Assembly: GCA_963710685.1 (NCBI GenBank)
Contig: CAVQBH010000011.1
Span: 11,258 to 75,257, forward strand
Origin: an uncultured Methanomassiliicoccales archaeon
GTDB taxonomy: Archaea; Thermoplasmatota; Thermoplasmata; Methanomassiliicoccales; UBA472
DNA length: 64,000 bases
Direction: 5' to 3'
The notes beneath the pieces are model-generated. The model was not told where the DNA came from, ran no database searches, and saw only the letters and a list, made by a program, of their open reading frames with translations. Below are positions 1 to 9,381 of this stretch, piece after piece. The translations under genes and the position numbers were made by a program. How positions within the stretch are numbered: position 1 is the stretch's first letter; each line of letters starts with the position of its first letter.

Positions 1-117
1 AATAATCCTGGGCCGCCCCAGCATGAATTGTCACCGATTTTGTGGAAGTGACCCCAATCGGTACATCATTCTCCCGATGACACAAAAGTAATATTTACCT
101 CACAGCCAATCGTGAAC

Positions 118-402
118 ATGTATGGATACGGTCTTCCAATGAAATGTCCGAAATGCGGGGAGGAAAGCACCCCCGGGGCCAACTTCTGCGGCCATTGTTC
201 CTATTCATTTTCCGCTAACGTACCGGTCCAGAAAACGCCAGTTCTTTCAACCTCGGTGGATCAATCCCTTCCAGCGGACTATGTCAGGCACCGGCCACCA
301 CCGCGGACACTGTCCCCTCAACAAAGGAAGATCAACAAATTAGCGATCGTCGGCTTCATCATCGGGGTATTGGCCGTGGCCTTGCTGCTGCTCTACAGTT
401 GA
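118..402 (+). CDS. zinc-ribbon membrane protein (hypothetical)
   Basis: ORF 112..402 opens with GTG and has an ATG at 118. It carries a CPKCG-x12-CGHC zinc-ribbon, then a Pro-rich linker and a C-terminal hydrophobic helix (LAIVGFIIGVLAVALLLLY). Stop is TGA. Confidence 0.55.
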   Translation: MYGYGLPMKCPKCGEESTPGANFCGHCSYSFSANVPVQKTPVLSTSVDQSLPADYVRHRPPPRTLSPQQRKINKLAIVGFIIGVLAVALLLLYS

Positions 403-526
403 AGTTGACTGACAGAGAACAACACCGGACCATTATGGATCGCATTCGCGGGAACCGTTTACGGATAACGAGTTCATGATCGATGGCGAACAGAAACGGT
501 GACCTAGACCTGCATCCCAGTAGAGT

Positions 527-817
527 TCATTTCCTTTTCCTGGTGCCTTCGCTCACCATTTCGTTCAGCCACAGCACGACGGTGCGGTACGAGTCCTTCC
601 CCTTTGGCGTCACCAGCACGGTCTGGTGCCCATCGTCCCCATCGTTGAAGGTGACCAGTCCGCGTTCCTGCATCCATAGAATATAGCGCATCAGGTTGTC
701 GTTGCTGACGTTCGTGGCCACCTGCAATCGCGTCCGCAGCATCGGCTCGTCCTCCTTCCACAGCCGGTCCAGCAACCTCGAAAGAACGTAGATGTCCGGC
801 CTCTCCAGTCCGACCAT
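527..817 (-). CDS. winged-helix DNA-binding protein (small archaeal regulator)
   Basis: This is the C-terminal 96 aa of ORF 527..1096, starting at ATG 817 (MVGLERPDIYVLSRLLDRLWKEDEPMLRTRLQVATNVSNDNLMRYILWMQERGLVTF...). The pattern is helix-turn-helix plus wing. The part of the ORF upstream of 817 overlaps the next gene and looks off-frame. Confidence 0.6.
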   Translation of the reverse strand: MVGLERPDIYVLSRLLDRLWKEDEPMLRTRLQVATNVSNDNLMRYILWMQERGLVTFNDGDDGHQTVLVTPKGKDSYRTVVLWLNEMVSEGTRKRK

Positions 818-819
818 CG

Positions 820-1155
820 TCAGAGCTCCTGGAGCTTGTTCTCGATTTCGTCCTTCAGCGTCCCGATCCGTGACCTCCATTGTTCCAGCGATCGCCGGTC
901 GGAGACGATGTTCTTCCACTTCGTATGCGCATAGAGCAGCATCAGCAGCCCGAAGATGACGAGCACGATCGAACGTCCCAGACCGAACGAGGCGAAACCG
1001 GCCCAGGATATTATCAGCGCGACCATGACCCATTCGATCACCGAACCAATGCCCGGATTCCTGAAAGTGAAGTTCCGGGTCCGGTACCTGGTCCATCGGG
1101 GAAGCTCGGGACAGACGTTCAGCAGTGTCTCCAGCGCCGACTCGTCACCATCCAT
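820..1155 (-). CDS. small membrane protein (hypothetical)
   Basis: 111-aa ORF with two hydrophobic helices (VIEWVMVALIISWAGFASFGL, IVLVIFGLLMLLYA) and a coiled-coil-like tail. Its stop lies 2 nt upstream of the wHTH start, which suggests co-transcription. Confidence 0.5.
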   Translation of the reverse strand: MDGDESALETLLNVCPELPRWTRYRTRNFTFRNPGIGSVIEWVMVALIISWAGFASFGLGRSIVLVIFGLLMLLYAHTKWKNIVSDRRSLEQWRSRIGTLKDEIENKLQEL

Positions 1156-1159
1156 TGGT

Positions 1160-2090
1160 CTAACCGAACCCCTCCTCCCGGCCTATCGCCGCCTGCAGAC
1201 TTCCGATCGCCCGGTTCACCTCCTCCGATTCCGATCGATACCGCGCCCGTAACCAGACCAGCAGCAGCACGACGATGACGAAGATCGCGGCCAGCATGAA
1301 TCCGAAGAGGTACGGATAATAGTCCGGCCAGGGGGCGTTGATGTCCCCCGTAAGGACCAGTGCAGACACCAGGGCGAGGTAGGAAAGGAAGCCGGTCAGA
1401 GGGATGAGCCGTTTCCGGTCTGAGTGGCTCGCGTGCAACGCCATGAACGCCTCGGTGGCCAGGCGGTTTGCCTTCTTCAGGGAGGCGATGATCGATCGAT
1501 CCGGTCTCCGGTTGCTCCGGTCCCCCGGTCCTCTTCCGGTCTTCCAGGAACGTCAGCGCGGGCCGGAGGACGTTCTCGCTGAACGCCCCCGTTATTTGCA
1601 TCGAACGGTAGGACATCCACAGCGCCACAGCCCCGCCGAACGGCAGGACGACGATGGAGGGGAACAGCTTTCCCAGACCCTCACGGGTCAATGCCGGGAA
1701 GACCTTAAGCTCGCTTCCGCTTGCCGTTTCCTTCACCTCGATGCGGGCGTTCCGGTTGCGGTCCAGCATCACATCGATCCGGCGGTCCGTCGATCCCGCA
1801 GTGTATCCTATCCTCTGCAGATGCTCTTCGATCGAACTGGCCACGACCTTGGCGTTCATATCCGTGGTGAGCGCGTCGATGCTCCGGTAGTGGACGAGGA
1901 TGGCACCGACCGTCGCCAAAATTGCCAGTGTCAGGTGCAGCGAGTAAACGACCGCAAAGGGCCAGAAGCTCCCCCATCCAGCTATCAACGTGAAAAGCAC
2001 CAAGAACAGCAGCGATGCGCTGACCGTGGTCCAGAGGATGAGAAGAACGCCCTTCATTTTCATCCAGGCCCACCCCTTAGAATCCCCCAT
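1160..2090 (-). pseudogene. multi-pass membrane protein, reading frame interrupted at a C5 run (possible assembly indel)
   Basis: ORF 1119..2090 begins with credible TM text (LLILWTTVSASLLFLVLFTLIAGW...) but turns R/G/P-rich after about aa 190. ORF 1160..1444 (LIPLTGFLSYLALVSALVL, FGFMLAAIFVIVVLLLVWL) stays open upstream as far as CCCCC at 1522-1526. Removing one C fuses the two: 931 nt - 1 = 930 = 310 codons. Confidence 0.6.
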
Positions 2091-2482
2091 CCCGGCACGA
2101 ACAGAACGGCTCTATCCCTCATCCGTGTTTCCCCATCGGTAATACGCCTACCAATTAGAAATGGGTAGCTCATCCGGGATGAGCCGGACTCTTCGGACCA
2201 AGGATTGGAGAAAAATGTCCGGTGTTTTTGGAACTGTTTCTGAGGCTACCGGGCACAGCCTAGGAAAGTCGGGATCGAGCGAAACCTGAAGATAAGGAGG
2301 GCCTCTGACCCTTGTGGATTGTTAACCCTGCAGGGTCGTACCCAGAGGTGCTTCGTGACGATATTTGGTAGGAAAAAAATCAACAGCAAACCACCCCATG
2401 ATTCCGCTAAAACATCGTTTTGAACGGAAACCCTTTAATTACTGACCGCGGTCCGGATGTTACACTGTATTGGTGGGGACCA

Positions 2483-4171
2483 ATGGAACTGTTGTACGTC
2501 GACGATGAGCCGTCACTTCTGGAACTGGGAAAGGAATTCTTGGAGCTCGAGCACGATGTGCAGGTGACCACCCAGGTCAATCCGGTCGAAGCGCTGTCAT
2601 TGCTGAACGACAAGCATTTCGACATCATCGTCTCCGATTACATGATGCCGGAGATGAACGGGCTGGAGTTCTTCAAGCGCCTGCGTATCACTGGCAACGC
2701 CACACCGTTCATCCTCTTCACCGGCAAGGGAAGGGAGGAGGTGGTCATAGAGGCGATGCGGCACGGCGTCGATTTCTACATCAAGAAGGGCGGGGACGCC
2801 CAGAGCCAGTTCGCCGAACTGATCAACGCCATCCGGCAGTGCACCGCCCGCAAGGAGGCGGAGGAGGCGCTGGAGCACAACGCCCGCCGGTTCCGCACCA
2901 TGATCGAGAACCAGTCCGAGGTCATCGCGATCTCCGATCTATCCGGCAATTTCAAGTTCGTATCCAATTCGTTGAAACGCATTCTCGGATACGATTCGGA
3001 GGAGTTCATCGGAAGGAACGTCTCCGAGTTCTTCGTCGATCCGAGACAGTTCGACCTGAGGCCGAGGATCGGTTCCCCCGCGATGTCGCCGGAGCTCACG
3101 TTCAAATTAGAGGCGGAGATGAGGCACAAGGACGGCTCGACCAGGTTCATGGAGATGCGCGGCCAGCTGCTCTCCAGAGAAGGTTCTCCGATCGAGGTGC
3201 TGGTGAACGCCTATGACATCACCGGCCGCAAGCAGGACGAGAGGCGCATCTCCCACCTGATCAACGTCCTCAAGGCGATACGGCAGATCAACAAGTGCAT
3301 TACCACCGAAACGGAACCGATGACGCTACTGAAGAAGGCCTGCGACATCGCGGTCGAACGCGGGTATTCCACCGCCTGGGCGATTATCTTCGGCGATGAG
3401 CGCAACTCCGTCCGCATGGTCGACACCGGGAACGGGCAGCCGTTCGAAGAGGTCCGCCGCAAGTATCTGGCCGAGGAACCGCTCAGATGCACCGAACACA
3501 TCCTTTCGGGCAATGACATCCTGGTCAACGAGCGGCCGCTGGAGACCTGCCCGGATTGTCCCCTGAATGGTTATCCGCTCGAGCACATCCACGTGGCCAA
3601 GCCCTTGAGCTATGGCGGACACATCTTCGGTCAGTTCTCGGTCACGCTGCCCCGCGAGCTCTTCTCCCCGGACGAGCTGTCAGTGCTGGGAGAGATATCG
3701 GAGGATCTTTCCTTCGCCATTCACCATCTGCTGCTGGGCAGGGAGAAGGAGGAATATCATCTCACGATCATCAAGCGGAAGGTTTTCCTGGAACGCTTCA
3801 CGCATACAAAGGACCCGACCTTCGTAGTGACCCAGGAGCAATCCGGTGTAGGTGCTACCCTTCTGAGGATCGCGGGCACTAGTGCCACATTCCTCCATGC
3901 CACCGGATTTGATGAAGCCATAAACGGCATGCCGGTGAGCGTCCTGGCGGGGAACGTCCGCGACGGTGAGGAACTTGTCCGGGCCGTTGAGGAGGTCGTC
4001 CGCTCAAAGATACCACGATCAGTATCGATTCGTTCGGACCTTACTGGAATAGAATATGTCGGATTCATATTCGCCCCTGACACCGGTTATGCCGGGGTCA
4101 CCCTCATCCCCACGGTTAAAACCGAGAGCTCGCTGGGCATCGGGCGGAAACCGGAAACCGTTCAACATTAG
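2483..4171 (+). CDS. response-regulator receiver + PAS + GAF-like + PAS sensor protein (no kinase domain)
   Basis: Starts at ATG 2483 (MELLYVDDEPSLLELGKEFLE...DIIVSDYMMPEMNGLEF...ILFTGKGREEVVIEAMRHGVDFYIKK), a CheY-like REC domain. A PAS domain follows, ending ...VNAYDITGRKQDE, then a GAF-like segment containing CPDCPL. Stop is TAG. Confidence 0.85.
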   Translation: MELLYVDDEPSLLELGKEFLELEHDVQVTTQVNPVEALSLLNDKHFDIIVSDYMMPEMNGLEFFKRLRITGNATPFILFTGKGREEVVIEAMRHGVDFYIKKGGDAQSQFAELINAIRQCTARKEAEEALEHNARRFRTMIENQSEVIAISDLSGNFKFVSNSLKRILGYDSEEFIGRNVSEFFVDPRQFDLRPRIGSPAMSPELTFKLEAEMRHKDGSTRFMEMRGQLLSREGSPIEVLVNAYDITGRKQDERRISHLINVLKAIRQINKCITTETEPMTLLKKACDIAVERGYSTAWAIIFGDERNSVRMVDTGNGQPFEEVRRKYLAEEPLRCTEHILSGNDILVNERPLETCPDCPLNGYPLEHIHVAKPLSYGGHIFGQFSVTLPRELFSPDELSVLGEISEDLSFAIHHLLLGREKEEYHLTIIKRKVFLERFTHTKDPTFVVTQEQSGVGATLLRIAGTSATFLHATGFDEAINGMPVSVLAGNVRDGEELVRAVEEVVRSKIPRSVSIRSDLTGIEYVGFIFAPDTGYAGVTLIPTVKTESSLGIGRKPETVQH

Positions 4172-4246
4172 GCAGTGGTCAGTTGTTTACTGATGCAAAA
4201 GCAATCGGTGTTTCTCAGGATTGTCAGGTCGATCATGGCGGATCGA

Positions 4247-6978
4247 TCAGATCTTGACTTCCTTCGGGATGGTGAAGTAGAACGTCGACCCGACCCCTTC
4301 CTCTGACGCCACCCACACCTTGCCCCCGTGCCGCTCCACGATCTTCTTCACGATCGCCAGCCCCACCCCGGTGCCCTCGTACTTTCCCGGCGTGTGCAGC
4401 CGCTGGAACATCTGGAAGATCCGGGTCGGAATAGTCCATGTTCATGCCGATGCCGTTGTCCTGCACGGAGAACGTCCACTTGTTCCGGTCCTCGGTGCAG
4501 CTGATGCGTATCAGCGGCAACGCGTCCGGTCTGGTGAACTTCAGCGCGTTGGCCAGCAGGTTCTGCATCACCTGGCCCAGCTGCATCGCGTCGCCGGTCA
4601 CGATGGGCAGCGGGTCGAGCACGATCTTGGCCTTGCTCTCGGCGATCATCAGGTCATAGATCATGATCGTCTCGTGCGCCACCCGGTTCATGTCGACCAT
4701 GTTGGTGAGCCGGACCTTCGTCTCCACCCGCGAATACTCCAGGAGGTCGTCGATCAGCGTCTTCATCCTCTTGCCGCCCAGGATAGCGTATTCCATGTAC
4801 TCCTTGGCCTCGCTGTCCAGGTCCTCCGAGTGCCGCCTCTCCAGCAGGGAGAGGTAGCTGATCACCATGCGCAGCGGTTCCTGCAGATCGTGCGAGGCGA
4901 CGTAGGCGAACTGCTGCAGCTCCTCGTTGGAGCGGGCCAGCTCCCCGGCCCGCTCGGTGAGCTTGAGCTCCAGCTCCTTGAGCGCCGAAATGTCCACGAA
5001 GACGGTGGCGAACTGCTTCCTGACCGGGGAGAAGGCGGATATCCGGAAATGCTTGTCCATCGGTTCGAAGAACACGTCGAAGGTGATGGGCTCGCCGGTC
5101 TCCGCCACCTTCCGGTAGATGTCCAGGTACGGAGGTTCTCCGGTGCCGTAGAGCACGGACGCAAGAGCACCGGTGGCCTTTTCCTTGGCGATGCCGGTGG
5201 TCGCCTCGAAGGCCGAGTTGACCTTGATGACGCGGTAGTCCACCACATTCCCGTCGTCCGCATAGACCAGCTCGTGCAGCGCGATACCTTCGTTGCTGCT
5301 TGAGAAGAGCGATTCGAACTCGGCCCGGCTCTCCTTCAGGTCGTCCTCCGTCCGGAACTTTGCCAAAGCCACGGCCAGATAGCCGGCCAGCCGCTCCCAC
5401 TGGGCGATGGTCTCGATCGAGAACCTGCCGATCCGGCGGTCGTTCAGTTGGAGCAGGCCGAGGGTGTCCTCCCCGACCCGGAGGGCGATGAGCGCCACCG
5501 ACTCGTACCCCTCACCGTTGCAGCGATTTCTTGTTCGGGACTGGCGATCCTCCTCGATGGTGCTGGCCAGCAGCGCCGTCGTGTTGTTGGTCCAGAAGCT
5601 GCCGGCGGCGGTGAAGAACGGCTTCGTCGGGTCGAACCGGCCCCGGATAACGTTCCCGCACATGCAATCCAGGATCGGGATGACATGCTCGTCGTTCTCG
5701 GGAAGTCCGTCCTCACCGTAGGTGCAGAGATGACTCTCCTTCAGCACGAAGTCCTGCGAGAAACCGCTGGTCTCAAAGTAGGGATAGTCGCCCTTTTCCC
5801 TCAGGCGTATGCCCACGGCCGAACAGCCTGACTGCTTCTGGAAGAAATCGGTGGCCGAATGCACCAGCTCGCCGGTGGAATGGCTCTCGTTCACCAGACG
5901 GAGGAACTGGATGGTGGTCTCGCGTTCCTTCTCGGCCCGCTTGCTCTCGGTGATGTCCCGGACGATCGACACCGAGCCGATCGATCTGCCCGGCCGCGTC
6001 CCGCACCGGTGAGGCGTTCACCTGCCTGAACCGCAGTTCGCCGTTGGCAGGCGTCCGGACCATCTCCTCCTGGCCTTTCACCACCTCTCCCTTCAATGCC
6101 TTGAGCGGCGGGGCCTCCTCCATCGGCCGCGGACTGCCGTCGATACGCAGCACCTCCAGGTCCGAGGCCATCTGCTGCACCGTCACCCCGTCGGACGCTT
6201 TGCCCAGCATGAACTCCCTTGCCGCCGACGGATTGGTGAGGGTGAAATTTCCATCTGGGTCAGCGAACCACACCTCATCGCTGATGCTGTTCACCAATGA
6301 GGTGAGCCGGTCCTTCTCCCGGGTCAGGGCCAGTTCCGCCTTGCTGCGGTCGACGATCTCCAGGAACGCCCTCCGGCGCTGGTCGTGCAGCTCCCAGGAA
6401 CTGATGAAAGCGATGAAGAAGACGAACGCCAGGCTGACCAGGACCGGGAACAGGTCGGTGATGGAGGGGCGGGTGGAGAAGATGATGATGAGCGATTCAC
6501 CCAGGGACAGCGTAGCCGTCAGAACGATCTGGAACTCGAACCTGTTGGGGAGGATCAGGTAGATGATGAAGACGAACACCGTGACCACGATGACATGGAC
6601 CACGTAGTTCTCCGGCCGGGTTAGATTTATCAGCAGGTTGGAGACGATCGCGACGATGAGCCAGGCGGTCAGGTACCTGTCGTACGTCCGGTAGTCGCTT
6701 ATCTTGTCCAGATAGTAGAGCAATGCTATGCTGCAGACCGCCAGGCCGCCGCGCAGGGCCACCAGGCCAAAGAACTCTGAAGACGTTCCGAAGAACTGGT
6801 AATCGTTAAAGACGTAGACCAGGATGGGAACGAAGATCAGCAGGATGCCGATCCTGGCCAGCTTGATGTCGGTTCGCAGGCCGTCCTTCCGGAACGCATC
6901 CTCCTGCTCCGGTGTGATCCCGAATGTCAGGCGGTCACGGAGCAATCGCTTGCCTCGATCAACCGCATCTGAAAGCAT
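4247..6978 (-). pseudogene. membrane sensor histidine kinase (multi-TM + PAS + GAF + PAS + HisKA + HATPase_c) with two frame breaks
   Basis: ORF 5773..6978 holds the TM-rich N-terminus plus a PAS domain, and ORF 4233..5972 holds GAF, PAS, the H-box FAYVASHDLQEPLRMV, and the N/G boxes. Dropping one base of CCC 5989-5991 reads ...VRDAAGRSIGSVSIVRDITESK. Dropping one base of GGG 4423-4425 restores [39 protein letters not shown]...[11 protein letters not shown] with a stop at 4247. Arithmetic: 2732 nt - 2 = 2730 = 910 codons. Confidence 0.8.
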
Positions 6979-7218
6979 CTTCGGACCTCCCCTGAATCCT
7001 AGGAGAAAAGACCATTATCTGATTATTTGATGATTTTCCTGGAATGACGGACGCTTGGCGATGGTTGGATCGTGACATGCTATCCATTGATTGAATTCTC
7101 GGAGGTCGTCCCATGAGCGATTCCTTTCCATGACATCATGACCAGCCTTTGTTACGTACACGAGCGCTGGCCATTTGGGATCGGGAAAAGGTTTGCGGTG
7201 GCGGGATGTATGGCCGGA

Positions 7219-8463
7219 TCAATCGATCTTCGGCGATATCCCGCTCAACACCCCGACCCCGAGCATGGCGACCAGGACGGTCAGGACCAGCACCACCGGT
7301 TGCCATGAGGCCTGCCAGGCCGAATCCGATATGGCCATCAGGATGCTGCCGCTGCCGGCGTAGATGGTCTTCCCGTTCACCACGGGCTGGCCGTCGAAGG
7401 CGCCTTCCAGCCTCCAGATGACCCCTCCGTTCCTGTCGGCCAGCATCAGTCCGGTCGAGTTGGCCAGGAGCACTCCGTTCCCGAAGGCTACCGGGACGGT
7501 CTTGACGTTGGAGCTCCGCCACAGCTCGTTGCCGTGGCTGTCCACGGCGAAGACCAGCAGGTTCAGCGGGGTCGCGCCGGTACCCTCTCCGAAGACGGTG
7601 GTCCCGTCAACGAGGATGGCCAGGTCCCCGTACTCGCCGGAGACCGGGAAGGCCCACATGTAGGAGCCGTTGGCGTTCAAAGCATACAGGTAGGCGCCGC
7701 CAGTGCTCTGGGAGAGATTGTATCCCACCATCCGCATGGTGCCGTCCGGGGCGAAGAAGATGCTCATCTGCGGCACGAAGGCGGTCTGGAACGACCGGAA
7801 CACGACCCCGTCCGGGGTGTACTCGGTGATCACCGATCGGTCCGGCGAGGACAGGGAGATGTTGGCCGCCAGGACGTCGTTGCCGAGTATGGCCACCGGG
7901 TACATCAGGGAGTTGGGGAAGCTGGCGTTGTAGCTGCCCTTGGTCCAGCGCTCGGTCCCGTCGGCGTTCAGGCAGATCAGGCTGTGCTGGCCTGGGAACC
8001 TCGGTTCCGTGCCGATGACGACGCCGCCGTCGGGCAGGACCCGCATGCCGTAGGTCAGTCCAGGCACGGTGATGTTCCATTTCGCTTCGCCCGTGGAGGA
8101 CAGGGCCAGAACGCCCGTGCCGTTCACCTGGGTGTTCGAGAGGACCGTGACCAGTACGTAGATCGATCCGTCAACGGGGCTGAACTGGGGCATGCTGTTC
8201 AGGGCGATCTCGGTGTTCCAAAGGCCTTGGCCCTGGGGAGAGACGGCATAGACCGTCGTGTTGACGGCATTGGTGGAATAGACGAACAGATCGCCCGTCG
8301 GCGACAGCGCTGGATAACCGGCGACGGTGGACGAACTGCCCTGATAGGTCCACTGGACCGATTGACTTTTCGCCTCGATGGGCGTGGTCGCGATCAATGT
8401 CGACGAAATGATGATCGCTGCGATCACCAGCGTTATCTTGAGAAGGGTTCGGCTTGAGACCAT
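7219..8463 (-). CDS. secreted PQQ-like beta-propeller repeat protein with C-terminal TM anchor
   Basis: Has a signal-like N-terminus (MVSSRTLLKITLVIAAIIISSTLIA from ATG 8463; an alternative TTG lies at 8484). Contains repeated ...G..lW... blade-like units (GQGLWNTE, GEAKWNIT, GTERWTKG, GSYMWAFP, GNELWRSS, GGVIWRLE). Ends in a C-terminal helix (VVLVLTVLVAMLGVGVL). Confidence 0.7.
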   Translation of the reverse strand: MVSSRTLLKITLVIAAIIISSTLIATTPIEAKSQSVQWTYQGSSSTVAGYPALSPTGDLFVYSTNAVNTTVYAVSPQGQGLWNTEIALNSMPQFSPVDGSIYVLVTVLSNTQVNGTGVLALSSTGEAKWNITVPGLTYGMRVLPDGGVVIGTEPRFPGQHSLICLNADGTERWTKGSYNASFPNSLMYPVAILGNDVLAANISLSSPDRSVITEYTPDGVVFRSFQTAFVPQMSIFFAPDGTMRMVGYNLSQSTGGAYLYALNANGSYMWAFPVSGEYGDLAILVDGTTVFGEGTGATPLNLLVFAVDSHGNELWRSSNVKTVPVAFGNGVLLANSTGLMLADRNGGVIWRLEGAFDGQPVVNGKTIYAGSGSILMAISDSAWQASWQPVVLVLTVLVAMLGVGVLSGISPKID

Positions 8464-8817
8464 GAGGGACACTCGCTTTGGCAATGCAGCAATTCATGGA
8501 TATATTTATCCCAGGTCTGGTGGTCTTCTTTTCCGGTGAAGCGATGCAAAATCCGGACATTCGGGCCGATTTTTCGTTCCGAAGGTCCGAGAAGGCGACG
8601 AACAAATGGAACTGAAGGGCAATTCCCGCCATTTCGTCAGAGATCAATTAACTACCAGTTGATACGTAGTTAGCACTATAATTGCGCAGCCATTCGGTTA
8701 GTTGTACCGATACGGCAGCTGGGAATCCGTGTCAATGATCCGCCTGGTGCCACTGGATGCGACAGAGGACGCTTGAAATATGAGGCGCAACGAGGAGATG
8801 CGGCATAGGGAGGGGGA

Positions 8818-9174
8818 ATGGCGGACTTTTTCGTGGTCCTGGTCACTCTGGACGGCAGGGGCCAGTTCAATCGAGTTCTGGAAGGAGAGGGTGCGGCAAA
8901 GGCCTCGGCGGAACGTTATGCGAAGGATATTCTGACCCTACAGGCGAAAGGGGATCAGGGTTGCTGGGAAGTGCTCACATCCAGGGTCATCGACCGCCAT
9001 TCGTTCCCCTATGGCGGACCGAACCTGATGCTCAACGCCCAGCAGGGAGGAAGGATGCTGGTCGGTACGGACGGTTCATCATGCGAGCAGGTCTGGCGCA
9101 GGTTGCTGCTTTCCCGGAAGAACGCTCTGGACAAAGGAACTGGGATCAGTTCAGAGGCTTGCCGCAGGCAATGA
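8818..9174 (+). CDS. hypothetical protein (weak)
   Basis: 118-aa ORF in an otherwise empty spacer. The first half has protein-like composition, but I recognise no motif. Confidence 0.25.
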   Translation: MADFFVVLVTLDGRGQFNRVLEGEGAAKASAERYAKDILTLQAKGDQGCWEVLTSRVIDRHSFPYGGPNLMLNAQQGGRMLVGTDGSSCEQVWRRLLLSRKNALDKGTGISSEACRRQ

Positions 9175-9381
9175 ATGAATTTCATACCATCCGTTTCGTA
9201 TGAGCATGATGACGTTATGAACGCCAGTGGTATCGCATGATAGGCGATATTTGATAAACGAAGAACAGTTTCAATTCTCGATCCACCGACAGGATTTAAA
9301 GAGCAAAACCGATTACGATTCGTTCCAGGAGAATGCAACCGATTTCACTCTTGCGGTCATTCGGTCCTGGACGATCGATAG

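Noticed and set aside
2263-2273. aggaaagtcggg, resembling the RNase P RNA CR-I motif (GAGGAAAGUCCGGGC), in the 390-bp spacer upstream of the REC-PAS gene
   Set aside because: Only this one partial motif is present. CR-II/III/V are absent, and an ACAGAAC-like stretch at 2101 is in the wrong order. It is most likely coincidence; cmscan would settle it.
2161-2295. 44-aa ORF (MGSSSGMSRTLRTKDWRK...) and the hairpin gctcat-ccgg-atgagc at 2168-2183
   Set aside because: The ORF is Ser/Gly-rich and unsupported. The hairpin has no T-tract and no upstream gene on that strand to terminate.
7028-7100. tgatga (C-box-like) in the spacer after the histidine kinase, considered as a C/D-box sRNA
   Set aside because: There is no matching CTGA D box or C'/D' pair at the appropriate spacing.
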